The position numbers and the translations under genes were made by a program. Shown piece by piece: positions 17,971 through 27,480 of a DNA stretch of 64,000 bases. Origin of the DNA: Eubacteriales bacterium (lineage in GTDB: Bacteria; Bacillota; Clostridia; Oscillospirales; CAG-272); contig JBGVFH010000072.1 in assembly GCA_045120955.1 (NCBI GenBank), forward strand, positions 31,876 to 95,875, written 5' to 3'. The stretch's first letter is position 1. Every line of letters begins with the position of its first letter. Under the pieces are notes generated by a model, which saw only the letters and a program-made list of their open reading frames with translations, was not told the origin of the DNA and did no database searches.

Positions 17971-18146
17971 TTCATTGCGAAAGCAATGGTATATCATCAC
18001 GCGGTACGCGTGTATCTCATCACCGAAGGTGTATATCATCAGCCGCAGGCTGCATTTTCTTTCGCAATGATGATATACAACACTCCGTGTTGATGATATG
18101 CAAGACTCCGTCTTGATGATATACACGGCTTCGCCGTGATTTATTT
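17971..18146. repeat. Palindromic mini-hairpin array 2
   Basis: GTAT(A/C)TCATCA at 17989, 18012 and 18031. Its exact reverse complement TGATGATAT(A/G)C at 18068, 18091 and 18114. Short GC hairpins lie between the copies (CATTGC-GAAA-GCAATG, CGCG-GTA-CGCG, GCC-GCA-GGC, GGC-TTC-GCC). Confidence 0.85.
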
Positions 18147-18148
18147 GC

Positions 18149-18310
18149 TATGGCAGGAAATTGCGTAATTACGCTACGCCGTTTGGTTTAGTTAAAGAAG
18201 ATCCAAAGATACAATAGGCGGGAGGATGGGTGAGGGCACTGCCCGCTTTTCCATCGCATAGGAAGTTGCACGGATCTCACTCGCCGTTTTGCACAGCTTC
18301 TGTAAAACAG
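18149..18310 (+). repeat. Family-A repeat (X-Y plus extra X-prime module)
   Basis: GGAAATTGCGTAATTACGC...ATAGGCGGGAGGATGGGTGAGGGCACTGCCCGCTTTT, then CATAGGAAGTTGCACGGATCTCACTCGCCGTTTTGCA. Confidence 0.8.
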
Positions 18311-18365
18311 TTACACAAGCTACACTTTATCAAGCCCTGACTGCATGTTGAAGGCACCGTGCGTA

Positions 18366-20357
18366 TCATATCGAGTTAAGTTCATTTGTCGGCGGCAGGC
18401 AATGGTGCCCTTTGCAGACATAATAGGTCGTTTTGTTGTCTCTGAGCGGTTGCTCTTTGGAAGGGTGCTTCAAAACAGCCGCCGCATCAAGCGGAAGAGA
18501 GAGGGGCAATCGAGTTGTGTCTGTTTGTGCATCGGGGATGACGGTTATCTTTATCGGCGGCTCGCTGTACTCTAAAAGCGCTGTCAAAAACATTCCGTAG
18601 CCGGCTGGGTAGCCGCAAGCATCGGCGGCAAGAAAATCCAACTGCTTTGCGGCGGCGTTTTGATATTTTTCTTCATCTGTCAGCATCGACAGCCTCACAA
18701 GGTTATATGCCATTACCGAATTGCCGCTGGGTATGGCTCCGTCATAGGTCTCTTTCGGACGAACGATCAGCTCCTCGCTGTCCTCGCCGTATAAATAAAA
18801 ACCGTCTGTGTTATCGCTGAAGTCATCCATGACCTTATCACACAAGTGCTTCGCACGCTCCAAATATTCGTTGTTTAATGTTGCCTTGTAGAGAGCCAGC
18901 TCAGCAAAAGCGTATCCGGCATAATCGCAGAGGAAACCTTTTACGCCCCTCTTGCCGTCACGGAAGCTGACAAAGAGGGTGTCGTTTTCCGAAAGATGCT
19001 TCTGTATAAACGCATCGGCGTTTTTAGCGGCACAAAGATACTGCTCATTTTTGCTGACAAGGTACAGCTCGCACATAGCGGCAATCATCAGGGAGTTCCA
19101 TGCAGTAAGGATCTTATCATCCAAATGGAGGGAATATCGCTTTTTTCGATAATCATTCAGCTTTGGAAAAAACGAGTCAAAGGCTTTGTCGTGCGGGTCG
19201 CTTCTCAATAAATTCGGTATATTCTTTCCCTCAAAGTTCCCTGCATCTGTAATATCAAAACGTCGGTTAAAGGCACTGCCGTCTTTCTCTCCCAATACAC
19301 TGGTGATCTCATGCGGGTAAAAGAGATAGTATTTGCCCTCTTCTCCTTCACTGTCGGCATCCTGTGCGCTGTAAAAACCGCCCTCGGGGGATGTCATTTC
19401 CCGCAGAATATAATCGGCGGTCTTTACGGCAATTTCGAGATATAACGGCTTTTGGGTCATGGCATAGGCTTTACAATACGCTAATATCAGCAACGCATTG
19501 TCGTAGAGCATTTTTTCAAAATGCGGAACAAGAAATTTATTATCTGTACTATAACGGCAAAAACCAAACCCGATATGGTCAAACATTCCGCCTCGGTACA
19601 TTTGCACAAGCGTATGCTCTGCCATTTTCAAACACTCTGCATCCTTGATACGCTCATAATAAGAAAGAAGAAACAACAGATTATGCGGCGTTGGGAATTT
19701 CGGTGCACGCCCAAACCCGCCGTGTTTGGAATCGTAGAGCCGCTTATACAGCTCGACCGCAGAATGAAGCAGCCCCTCATCGGCTGTGCCGTGAGCCGCA
19801 TCAGACTTGTTCAGATGTGCGGTAATTCCTTCAGACTGTTTTAGCAGAGTGCTGCGGTCATTTTCCCATTTGTCGTGTATTGTGAGAAGAAGCTCACGCA
19901 TACCTATCATCCCGCCTCGAGTGTTTTTGGGAAAATAAGTTCCCGCAAAAAACGGTTTTTGTTGGGCAGTCATAAAAATGCTGGTGGGCCAGCCGCCGCT
20001 GCCTGTGAACGCCTGACATACTGCCATGTATACGCTGTCGATATCGGGGCGTTCTTCCTTATCCACCTTGACGGAAATAAAATGGCGGTTCAAAATTTCG
20101 GCAATTTCCTCATCCTCAAAGCTCTCATGAGCGAGAACGTGGCACCAATGGCAGGCACTGTAGCCTATGCTTAAAAAGATCGGCTTGTCTTCCGTTTTGG
20201 CTTTGTCAAATGCTTCTTTTCCCCAAGGATACCAATCCACAGGATTATCCTTGTGCTGCAGAAGGTATGGGCTGGTTTCATACTGTAATCGATTGCTCAA
20301 ACTATCACCTCTTTCATTATTATAATTAGCATTTGCAGCCTTTGACGTATTATTCAA
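18366..20357 (-). CDS. Thioredoxin-domain protein (DUF255/YyaL-like, thioredoxin fold plus alpha/alpha barrel)
   Basis: 663 aa. N-terminal segments [18 protein letters not shown] and [16 protein letters not shown] are hallmarks of this family. Confidence 0.85.
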   Translation of the reverse strand: MNNTSKAANANYNNERGDSLSNRLQYETSPYLLQHKDNPVDWYPWGKEAFDKAKTEDKPIFLSIGYSACHWCHVLAHESFEDEEIAEILNRHFISVKVDKEERPDIDSVYMAVCQAFTGSGGWPTSIFMTAQQKPFFAGTYFPKNTRGGMIGMRELLLTIHDKWENDRSTLLKQSEGITAHLNKSDAAHGTADEGLLHSAVELYKRLYDSKHGGFGRAPKFPTPHNLLFLLSYYERIKDAECLKMAEHTLVQMYRGGMFDHIGFGFCRYSTDNKFLVPHFEKMLYDNALLILAYCKAYAMTQKPLYLEIAVKTADYILREMTSPEGGFYSAQDADSEGEEGKYYLFYPHEITSVLGEKDGSAFNRRFDITDAGNFEGKNIPNLLRSDPHDKAFDSFFPKLNDYRKKRYSLHLDDKILTAWNSLMIAAMCELYLVSKNEQYLCAAKNADAFIQKHLSENDTLFVSFRDGKRGVKGFLCDYAGYAFAELALYKATLNNEYLERAKHLCDKVMDDFSDNTDGFYLYGEDSEELIVRPKETYDGAIPSGNSVMAYNLVRLSMLTDEEKYQNAAAKQLDFLAADACGYPAGYGMFLTALLEYSEPPIKITVIPDAQTDTTRLPLSLPLDAAAVLKHPSKEQPLRDNKTTYYVCKGHHCLPPTNELNSI

Positions 20358-20424
20358 GATCGGAATGTATAGTGATGCCGGATGTGGTTAAAATACAAGT
20401 ACCGACACGCAAGGAGGCAGTAGT

Positions 20425-20604
20425 ATGGAACAGGGTGAGATGCCGATAGGCTTCAGTATGGCACTTGCGCAAAATCCGCAAGCGATGCAGAAATTTGCTA
20501 TGCTCAGCGAAGAAAAAAAGAAGCAGATCATCGACGGAACAAATGCCGTTGGGTCAAAAGAGGAAATGCATCGGTATGTCAATAAAATTTTATCCGAAGC
20601 GTAA
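20425..20604 (+). CDS. Small conserved-looking hypothetical protein (59 aa)
   Basis: Absent from the ORF track because it is under 60 aa. ATG lies 8 nt after AAGGAGG. Product MEQGEMPIGFSMALAQNPQAMQKFAMLSEEKKKQIIDGTNAVGSKEEMHRYVNKILSEA. The competing minus-strand ORF 20388-20582 has no RBS. Confidence 0.55.
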   Translation: MEQGEMPIGFSMALAQNPQAMQKFAMLSEEKKKQIIDGTNAVGSKEEMHRYVNKILSEA

Positions 20605-20613
20605 AAGGGGTTG

Positions 20614-20736
20614 TAAAAAAGCCCGGACCGCCAAAAGAGAAGAAAAGCATTGAAAACACGAGGGCTTCAATGCTTTGAGCGAAATATTGATCACAGCTAA
20701 AATACGGCAAGAAAGCGGGCACTGCCCGCTTTCTTG
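20614..20736 (+). repeat. Family-C repeat, left copy (ends in the family-A hairpin core)
   Basis: Reverse complement matches 22286-22409 with about 6 mismatches and 1 indel by eye. Contains GCATTGAA-loop-TTCAATGC and CAAGAAAGCGGGCACTGCCCGCTTTCTTG. Confidence 0.85.
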
Positions 20737-20858
20737 CTGCATATCTCTTAATGTTAATATGATCGTGAAAACTGTATCTTTTTGATTATCATTATTTTAC
20801 GATTTGAGGGGATGCTTGTATAATAAATACGTGCGGTCAATACGAGCTTGTTTAGCTC

Positions 20859-22031
20859 TTATATTCTTGCAACGCCCGTTTTCTTTGCCGCTTCGATAAC
20901 GGCATTGGCTACGACCTGCGCCACCTTTTTGTCGAGAGCACTGACGATGATGTTATCCTCGCAAAGCTCCGAGTCGGGTATGAGAGCGGCGAGTGCTCTT
21001 GACGTAGCGACCTTCATCTCCTCATTTATGCACGATGCACGGCAGTCAAGCGCACCTCTGAATATTCCGGGGAACGCAAGCACGTTGTTTATCTGATTTG
21101 GAAAGTCGCTTCTTCCCGTTCCGACAACTCTTGCCCCCGCCTTTTTCGCAAGGTCGGGCATGATCTCGGGGGTGGGGTTTGCCATTGGGAAAACTATTGC
21201 ATCGCTTGCCATGGATCTTACCATTTCTTCGCTGACGATACCCGGTGCTGATACACCGATAAATACGTCCGCTCCCTTCATAGCAGCGGAGAGGTCGCCC
21301 ATGACCATATCCTTGTTTGTAAGCTCGGCTATCTCCGCATGAGCAGCATTAAGCTCGGGCATTCCCTTGCAGATAATTCCGAAACGGTCTACCATGGTAA
21401 GATTTTTTACACCCATGTTCAGCAGGTGCTTACCGATAGCAATGCCTGCGGAGCCTGCTCCGTTTATGACCACCTTCACCTTTGCTATATCCTTGTTTAC
21501 AACACGCAGAGCATTGAGCAGAGCCGCCGCTACAACGATGGCTGTTCCGTGCTGGTCATCGTGAAATACGGGAATATCGCATATCTGCTTTAGCTTTTCT
21601 TCAATCTCAAAGCAACGGGGCGCAGAGATATCCTCAAGATTGATACCGCCAAATGAGCCTGAGATGAGGTATATTGTCCGCACTATCTCATCAACATCCT
21701 TTGAACGGATGCATATAGGGAATGCATCAACATCCGCAAACTCCTTGAACAGCGCACATTTGCCCTCCATTACGGGCATTCCCGCCTCGGGGCCGATGTC
21801 ACCCAGACCGAGCACCGCCGTGCCGTCTGTAATTACCGCAACGAGCTTTGAGCGGCGGGTAAGCTCAAAGGACTTGTCATAATCGTTATGTATCACCATG
21901 CAAGGCTCGGCTACTCCGGGGGTATAAGCGAGCGAAAGATCCTTTCTGTCCTTTACGCTGACACGGGATACGACCTCTATCTTGCCTTGCCATTCATAAT
22001 GCGCTTTGAGCGATTCTTCTCTGATATCCAT
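20859..22031 (-). CDS. NAD(P)-dependent malic enzyme
   Basis: About 390 aa. Segments YTPGVAEPC, FGGINLEDI and VINGAGSAGIA are typical of the short bacterial malic enzymes. ATG at 22031 follows AGAGGT. Confidence 0.9.
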   Translation of the reverse strand: MDIREESLKAHYEWQGKIEVVSRVSVKDRKDLSLAYTPGVAEPCMVIHNDYDKSFELTRRSKLVAVITDGTAVLGLGDIGPEAGMPVMEGKCALFKEFADVDAFPICIRSKDVDEIVRTIYLISGSFGGINLEDISAPRCFEIEEKLKQICDIPVFHDDQHGTAIVVAAALLNALRVVNKDIAKVKVVINGAGSAGIAIGKHLLNMGVKNLTMVDRFGIICKGMPELNAAHAEIAELTNKDMVMGDLSAAMKGADVFIGVSAPGIVSEEMVRSMASDAIVFPMANPTPEIMPDLAKKAGARVVGTGRSDFPNQINNVLAFPGIFRGALDCRASCINEEMKVATSRALAALIPDSELCEDNIIVSALDKKVAQVVANAVIEAAKKTGVARI

Positions 22032-22285
22032 TTTATGCACCTCTTTGTTTTTGCCCTCTCGGGTCTTCGTGATATTTATTTAAAGCAAAAAACTTCTGTC
22101 TGACAGAGTATATTCTATCACAAAAAATCTCACTTTCAAGAGAAAGTGAAAAAAACTTGCAAAAAATTGAAACAGAAAGAGTGAGTGCGGCACGCCACGC
22201 AGGGGATAAGAAAAAATGTTCAGAACAAACAAACATCCACCCTCGACGTATGTAAATACGCCTCACGGGTGGATCTTGCTTGCAA

Positions 22286-22409
22286 CAAGAAAGCGGGCAG
22301 TGCCCGCTTTCTTACCGTATTTTGGTTGTGATCGATATCTCGCTCAAAGCATTGAAGCCCTCGTGTTTTCAATGCTTTTCTTCTCTTTTTGGCGGTTCGG
22401 GCTTTTTTA
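22286..22409 (-). repeat. Family-C repeat, right copy (inverted)
   Basis: See 20614-20736. Confidence 0.85.
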
Positions 22410-22445
22410 TATTCCCTATCCTATCTATCAATTCTATCCTATACT

Positions 22446-23732
22446 TTATTCTGCAGCTTCTCTCTTTTGAGAAAACAGCCAGTCATACAGTCCCTCGGTG
22501 TCTGCGGTCATGGACCATATGCCGTGGCCTGCACCCTCAAATGACGTATACTTTATGTCGTCTCTGCCTGCAGCCTTAAGCGCCTCGTACATTTTCTGTG
22601 AGCTTTCATACGGAACCACCTCATCAGCTGTGCCATGGAATATCCAAATTGCAACATCGTCAAAGAGCGATACGGCATTCGGGTCGCCCGCACCCGCAAC
22701 GGGAATGGCAGCCGCAAACATATCGGGGTTTCTTGTGAGAAGATCCCAGGTTGCAAAGCCGCCCATGCTCATTCCGTAAAGATACAGTCTGCTCTCATCT
22801 ACCGACAGCTGCTCTCTTGCATCGGCGAACAGCTCTGTGACAGCCTTCATATATGCAGTCGGCTGGGTATTGATAAAATCGTACGTTATTTGGTTCCATG
22901 CGCTTACAGGTACCCATTTTGCGGTTGTGGGACAGCAAGGAGCGATAACTATCGTTTCGTTTGCGTATTTGCCGCTCTCAAGATTGCGCAAGAACTTCGC
23001 CTCGCCCTTTGTTATATGCGAGTTATCAGAGCATCTTACGCCTGCGCTGTGCATATAGAGTATGCACGGGTAAGCCTTTGTACTGTCATAGTTTTTGGGC
23101 ATATATATCTGGCATTGCAGCTCTGTTCCGTCAGCTGCGGGATATACGAGCGCATTCCAGCCTGCATTGAGTTTTTCAACATTTATTCCCACGTCAACAC
23201 TTCCTTTATGATCAATATTGCTCGGGATATAGAGCGATGTACCGCTCATTCCCCGTATATAATTTTTATACAGCCACTCTGCCCCCGCCCTTGCGGCAGT
23301 AACCGAGCCTGCACCGACAACGAGCTTGTCACCGACCCATTTTACGCAAAATTCCCCTTGCTTGAGTCCTTCGCACGCTGTCTTTGATTCTTCTCTGTTC
23401 GTCTCGCCTACCAATATCTCATATTGCTGAGACGATGATGCAGCCTTGTCCGATTTTACAAATATGTTTTTGCCCGTTGCGTCAAAAACCTCTGTGCGAA
23501 TGCTCGTGCACACCTCAGTCAAAGCGGAGTATGCATCAGCCCCGACCACGATTATGTATTCCGTTCCGTCGGTGCTTGCGATAAGCTTTCCTTTGTCTTC
23601 CGTTTGGGCAGACGTGTCCGTGCCGGCATCCGTTACAGCCGTGCTTTCGTCATTCGGCGCATCGGGCGAGTTGCACGCCGTGAATGAAAACAGCATCGTA
23701 AACAGCAAAAGTACGCATATTAGTTTTTTCAT
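22446..23732 (-). CDS. Secreted alpha/beta-hydrolase (esterase/peptidase-like) lipoprotein
   Basis: Signal peptide with lipobox FSFTAC, nucleophile elbow GMSMGG, and the C-terminal HG...D...H pattern of a serine hydrolase. Confidence 0.7.
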   Translation of the reverse strand: MKKLICVLLLFTMLFSFTACNSPDAPNDESTAVTDAGTDTSAQTEDKGKLIASTDGTEYIIVVGADAYSALTEVCTSIRTEVFDATGKNIFVKSDKAASSSQQYEILVGETNREESKTACEGLKQGEFCVKWVGDKLVVGAGSVTAARAGAEWLYKNYIRGMSGTSLYIPSNIDHKGSVDVGINVEKLNAGWNALVYPAADGTELQCQIYMPKNYDSTKAYPCILYMHSAGVRCSDNSHITKGEAKFLRNLESGKYANETIVIAPCCPTTAKWVPVSAWNQITYDFINTQPTAYMKAVTELFADAREQLSVDESRLYLYGMSMGGFATWDLLTRNPDMFAAAIPVAGAGDPNAVSLFDDVAIWIFHGTADEVVPYESSQKMYEALKAAGRDDIKYTSFEGAGHGIWSMTADTEGLYDWLFSQKREAAE

Positions 23733-24001
23733 TCTTTCCTCCTCAAGATAAGTGCGAAATGCCGTTTGCTTATATAAGTATACAACAGCCGAAATAATTT
23801 AAAAATACAAAAAACTTTTAATTTTTTCGGTGCTTTTTTGTTTATGATACCACAAAAAAGGAAATTGTCAACAGCAATCTAAAAGATGCAACATATTTGT
23901 TATCGGTTTGGCACAATTCATACAATTTGCTCCCGCTTTTTGCAGAAAGGTATTTTTGCAGGGCAAAGAATATATTTTTCTCTCAAATTTATAAATATTT
24001 A

Positions 24002-24030
24002 TTGATTTGTTGATAATTTAGCGTTATAAT
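24002..24030 (+). promoter_or_regulatory. Candidate promoter of the MBL-hydrolase/rlmH genes
   Basis: TTGATT-17 nt-TATAAT. Confidence 0.4.
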
Positions 24031-24066
24031 TTATACTAAAAGATAAAATGGATAATTATATTTAAA

Positions 24067-24855
24067 ATGAAAGATATACGAATATACTCTCTTTTTTCAG
24101 GCTCCTCAGGTAATTGCCATTATATAAAGCTCGGGGAGCAGGAAATTCTGATAGATGCGGGCAAAAATGCAAAAGCCATCGTTGAATCGCTTACAAGTAT
24201 CGGAACGGATATTTCAAACATCAGCTCGATATACATAACGCATGAGCACGCAGACCACATCGCCGCATTGAGGGTCCTGCAAAAAAAGAATAAGAGCATG
24301 AGGCTGTGCGCTCATCCCTTGTGCGCACAGGGGATAGCCGAGAGCGGAGCGGACGTGTCGGAAGTGACGGAGATGACCGCAGACGGATGCCTGTGTGACG
24401 GCAAGCTCAGGATAAAGGCGTTTTCGGTTCCGCACGACTCACGTGCGTGTCTTGGCTACAGGATCGAATACGGCACGAACGGGGGCGGCTTGCGTGTGGG
24501 AGTGGCGACCGATATAGGGCATCTGACCTGCGAGGTGGCGGACGGTCTTATCGGATGCGATGCCGTTATTGTTGAGTCGAACCACGATGTGCAAATGCTG
24601 CGATGCGGTCCGTACCCTCAGTATCTGAAGGAGCGCATCTTTTCGGCAAACGGACATCTCTCAAACGAGTCCTGCGCCAAGCTGTGCGCATACCTGTCAA
24701 AGAACGGAGCTACGCATTTTATGCTTGCTCACGTCTCGAAGGAAAACAATACGCGTCAGCTCGCCATGCATCTTACAGCCGAGGCTGTCGCTGAGTCCAA
24801 CGCACGGGTAACGGCGGCTCTGCCAAACGAGCCCGTGTGCCTGTACGAAAGTTAA
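24067..24855 (+). CDS. MBL-fold metallo-hydrolase (YycJ/WalJ-like)
   Basis: 262 aa with the THEHADH motif. Its position next to rlmH matches the Bacillus arrangement. Confidence 0.8.
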   Translation: MKDIRIYSLFSGSSGNCHYIKLGEQEILIDAGKNAKAIVESLTSIGTDISNISSIYITHEHADHIAALRVLQKKNKSMRLCAHPLCAQGIAESGADVSEVTEMTADGCLCDGKLRIKAFSVPHDSRACLGYRIEYGTNGGGLRVGVATDIGHLTCEVADGLIGCDAVIVESNHDVQMLRCGPYPQYLKERIFSANGHLSNESCAKLCAYLSKNGATHFMLAHVSKENNTRQLAMHLTAEAVAESNARVTAALPNEPVCLYES

Positions 24856-24877
24856 AAAAGAAAAGAAACGAAACATT

Positions 24878-25357
24878 ATGCTCAAAATTACAGTCATATC
24901 GGTAGGACAGCTAAAGGAATCCTATTACCGCCAAGCGATAGATGAATATGAAAAGCGGATGTCGGCATTTTGCAAGATATCAAACATCAATCTCAAGGAA
25001 ACGCCCTTTGACGAAAAGGGCGGCGAGTCGCTTGTGTCGGCGGCGCTTGAACAAGAGGGGGAGAGGATACTCTCGCAAATACCCAAAAACGCATACAAGA
25101 TAGCGCTTTGCATAGAGGGTAAGGAGCTGTCAAGCGAGCAGTTTGCCGGTGTGCTTGATACCGTCAGCACGCAGTGCGGCGAGTGCGTCTTTATCATCGG
25201 CTCCAGCCACGGACTGTGCGACAAGGTGAAAAAAGCGTGCGATATGCGCCTGTCTCTCTCAAAAATGACCTTTCCGCACAGACTTGCCAGAGTTATGCTA
25301 TCTGAGGCGCTTTACCGATCGCTGTCGATAAACGCAGGACGCAAGTATCACAAGTAA
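24878..25357 (+). CDS. rlmH: 23S rRNA (pseudouridine1915-N3)-methyltransferase
   Basis: 159 aa SPOUT-family protein. Segments FIIGSSHGL and LSLSKMTFPH are typical of RlmH. Confidence 0.9.
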   Translation: MLKITVISVGQLKESYYRQAIDEYEKRMSAFCKISNINLKETPFDEKGGESLVSAALEQEGERILSQIPKNAYKIALCIEGKELSSEQFAGVLDTVSTQCGECVFIIGSSHGLCDKVKKACDMRLSLSKMTFPHRLARVMLSEALYRSLSINAGRKYHK

Positions 25358-25389
25358 TTTCGCAAAAATACGAAAACGGATGGTAATGT

Positions 25390-27411
25390 ATGAAAAGATT
25401 TTTTTCTCACATAGCAAAAAGAATAGCCCCTATGGCGTTGCTTTCGGCAATACTCGTTGCCGCTATACTGTATCAAAACGGTGTGTATGAGATAGCCTTT
25501 ATCACACGCAGCGACAACTACGACGGGCAGCAGCAGACGGGTACGGATACGCCCTCGACCCCGATCTTCTCTGACGGCGCTGTTGAAAACACGGATGCGC
25601 CTTTAGTGTCGGACAGCGTTTTGGACGAGCTTAACGGTTCGTCAAACATATCCTCGGACAGCTCATCCGCAGATAGCGAGACGAGACGCCCCGAGCTTGA
25701 TATGAGCGGAAAATACGAGAGCTTCGGAAAGCTCTCCGACTACACCTCGCAAAATTTCAGCATATCCTACAAGGATTATACTTCATCCAGCGTCCTTGCC
25801 GAGATCACTCTGGACGGCTCTCTGCTTCCCTCCAATCTTTACGGAGGCAACAGAATATACGTAAAGTTTACAAGTGCGGTAGACAAGGAGGATGGTATTC
25901 CTTATTCCGTTCGGGAATTTGACTCGGATACCTCTATGGCTGTAGAGCTGTATATGGGATATATCATCATCGACAACGGCGAGACGCTTTCGCTCTTTTC
26001 GGGAGAGGGAGCACAGCTTGGCAGCTTTGACCGTATGTATTTTACTCCGGCATATACCAGAGACTCTGAGAACAATGCCCTTTTCTATCTGACCCAGCAA
26101 GGCTCTGAAGATTTTTACCGTTTTGATACTGCATCAAGAAATTTTGTTTTGGCAGACTATGACGACGAGCTTGACAACAGAGGGTTGTATTTTGACTATA
26201 CTCCCGATTATGGGCTGAGTGACAACGAGTATAACAGATACAACGCTATCGTCAACTGCATTGTTGAGATGACTCACGAGCAGGCGTTTGACTATACAGC
26301 GCCGAACACCGCACCTCCGATAACAGAACCCGCACCGGATACAACAGCACCCGAAACGGAGACATCGGCACCCGAAACCGAGACATCAGCACCCGAAACC
26401 GAGACATCGGCACCCGAAACCGAAACATCGGCACCCGAAACCGAAACATCGGCACCCGAAACTGAAACATCGGCACCCGAAACTGAAACATCTTCGCCTG
26501 AAACAGAGACTTCAAGCTCCGAGACGGATACCTCCGCTGAGGACACAAGTACGCAGACGCTGCTGAGAAGACTTCCGAGGACAGAGATACTTTTTGCATC
26601 AGATACTGTCATGGAGCTTCTCAACGCCGCTCCCTCAGGCTCTACTACGACAAATTATTCAAACTATACGCTCTCAGAGGACGGAAAGACGGTATTTGTT
26701 GAGCTGATGGAAAGACGTTGGGCTTTTGATGTAGCTGACTATATGCAGTCGCAGGAATATCTCAGCGCCCCCGATGACAAAAAGCTTTCGGAGCATTACA
26801 AATACTATCGTCTGTACAACTTCACCGACGGACTTTGCGCTACGGTCGCACGTGACGGAGTTCTCAGCTTCAGAGATACCGCGGGAAATGAGATAATTTC
26901 CCGTGATACGGAATACTTCGGTCAGAACAACAGAAAGCTGCTGACAAGCTACGCCGAGCCTCTTCTCAAGGGTATCGACTCTATCGGCTCGCTTTATTTT
27001 GACGACGGGCTTGTAATGATAAGACAGATAGATATAGACTCGCAGTTCACAGACAAGCTCTCGGGCGACTATTCCTATCTTGTTGACAAAAACGGAAAGA
27101 AGTTCAGCATCCCAGCGGGATATGAGCTCATCGCTTATTCAGACGGTGTGCTTTTGCTCGAAAAGGACGGCTACTACGGCTATTACAGCAATGAGGGCAA
27201 GTGGATAGCACAGCCTATATTTACATACGCACGTCCTTTTGCCCAAGGGCTCGGCGTTATAGGCTTTTCCGGCTCTAAAAAGGGTGTTGTCGATACGCAG
27301 GGAAATCTCATAATACCGTTTAAGTACGACTACATCTCGCAGGTATCGAGCGGAATAATAGCGCTTTACGGCGATGAAGGCTGGAAGCTCATCGCAAAAA
27401 TGGACAAATGA
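25390..27411 (+). CDS. Membrane-anchored WG-repeat protein with TSAPETE tandem repeats
   Basis: 673 aa with an N-terminal TM helix. C-terminal repeats of the GL..V..DGKWG(Y)I type (KDGYYGYYSNEGKWIAQPIF, KKGVVDTQGNLIIPFKYD). Confidence 0.65.
   Translation: MKRFFSHIAKRIAPMALLSAILVAAILYQNGVYEIAFITRSDNYDGQQQTGTDTPSTPIFSDGAVENTDAPLVSDSVLDELNGSSNISSDSSSADSETRRPELDMSGKYESFGKLSDYTSQNFSISYKDYTSSSVLAEITLDGSLLPSNLYGGNRIYVKFTSAVDKEDGIPYSVREFDSDTSMAVELYMGYIIIDNGETLSLFSGEGAQLGSFDRMYFTPAYTRDSENNALFYLTQQGSEDFYRFDTASRNFVLADYDDELDNRGLYFDYTPDYGLSDNEYNRYNAIVNCIVEMTHEQAFDYTAPNTAPPITEPAPDTTAPETETSAPETETSAPETETSAPETETSAPETETSAPETETSAPETETSSPETETSSSETDTSAEDTSTQTLLRRLPRTEILFASDTVMELLNAAPSGSTTTNYSNYTLSEDGKTVFVELMERRWAFDVADYMQSQEYLSAPDDKKLSEHYKYYRLYNFTDGLCATVARDGVLSFRDTAGNEIISRDTEYFGQNNRKLLTSYAEPLLKGIDSIGSLYFDDGLVMIRQIDIDSQFTDKLSGDYSYLVDKNGKKFSIPAGYELIAYSDGVLLLEKDGYYGYYSNEGKWIAQPIFTYARPFAQGLGVIGFSGSKKGVVDTQGNLIIPFKYDYISQVSSGIIALYGDEGWKLIAKMDK
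26347..26535 (+). repeat. In-frame 21-nt tandem repeat, 9 units
   Basis: GCACCCGAAACCGAGACATCG units; seven are near-identical and the last two are degenerate. Confidence 0.9.
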
Positions 27412-27480
27412 TAATCACAAATACACAGCCTGGACTTTTGTTCAGGCTGTGGCATTTGATAAATAACAAAACGGACAAGA

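Noticed and set aside
20388-20582. 64-aa minus-strand ORF
   Set aside because: It is a shadow frame of the better-supported 59-aa plus-strand gene at 20425-20604.
20614-22409. Promoter-inversion (phase-variation) switch formed by the inverted repeats
   Set aside because: The repeats enclose the whole gene plus its upstream region, so inversion would not uncouple promoter from gene, and no recombinase lies nearby. It is kept only as a structural observation in the findings.
26347-26535. Possible CRISPR array (regular 21-nt repeats); the same question applies to the 18-nt repeats at 2812-3003
   Set aside because: The repeats are contiguous with no spacers and in frame within long ORFs, and they encode TSAPETE / PPVTSE peptide units. 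No cas genes or leader are present.
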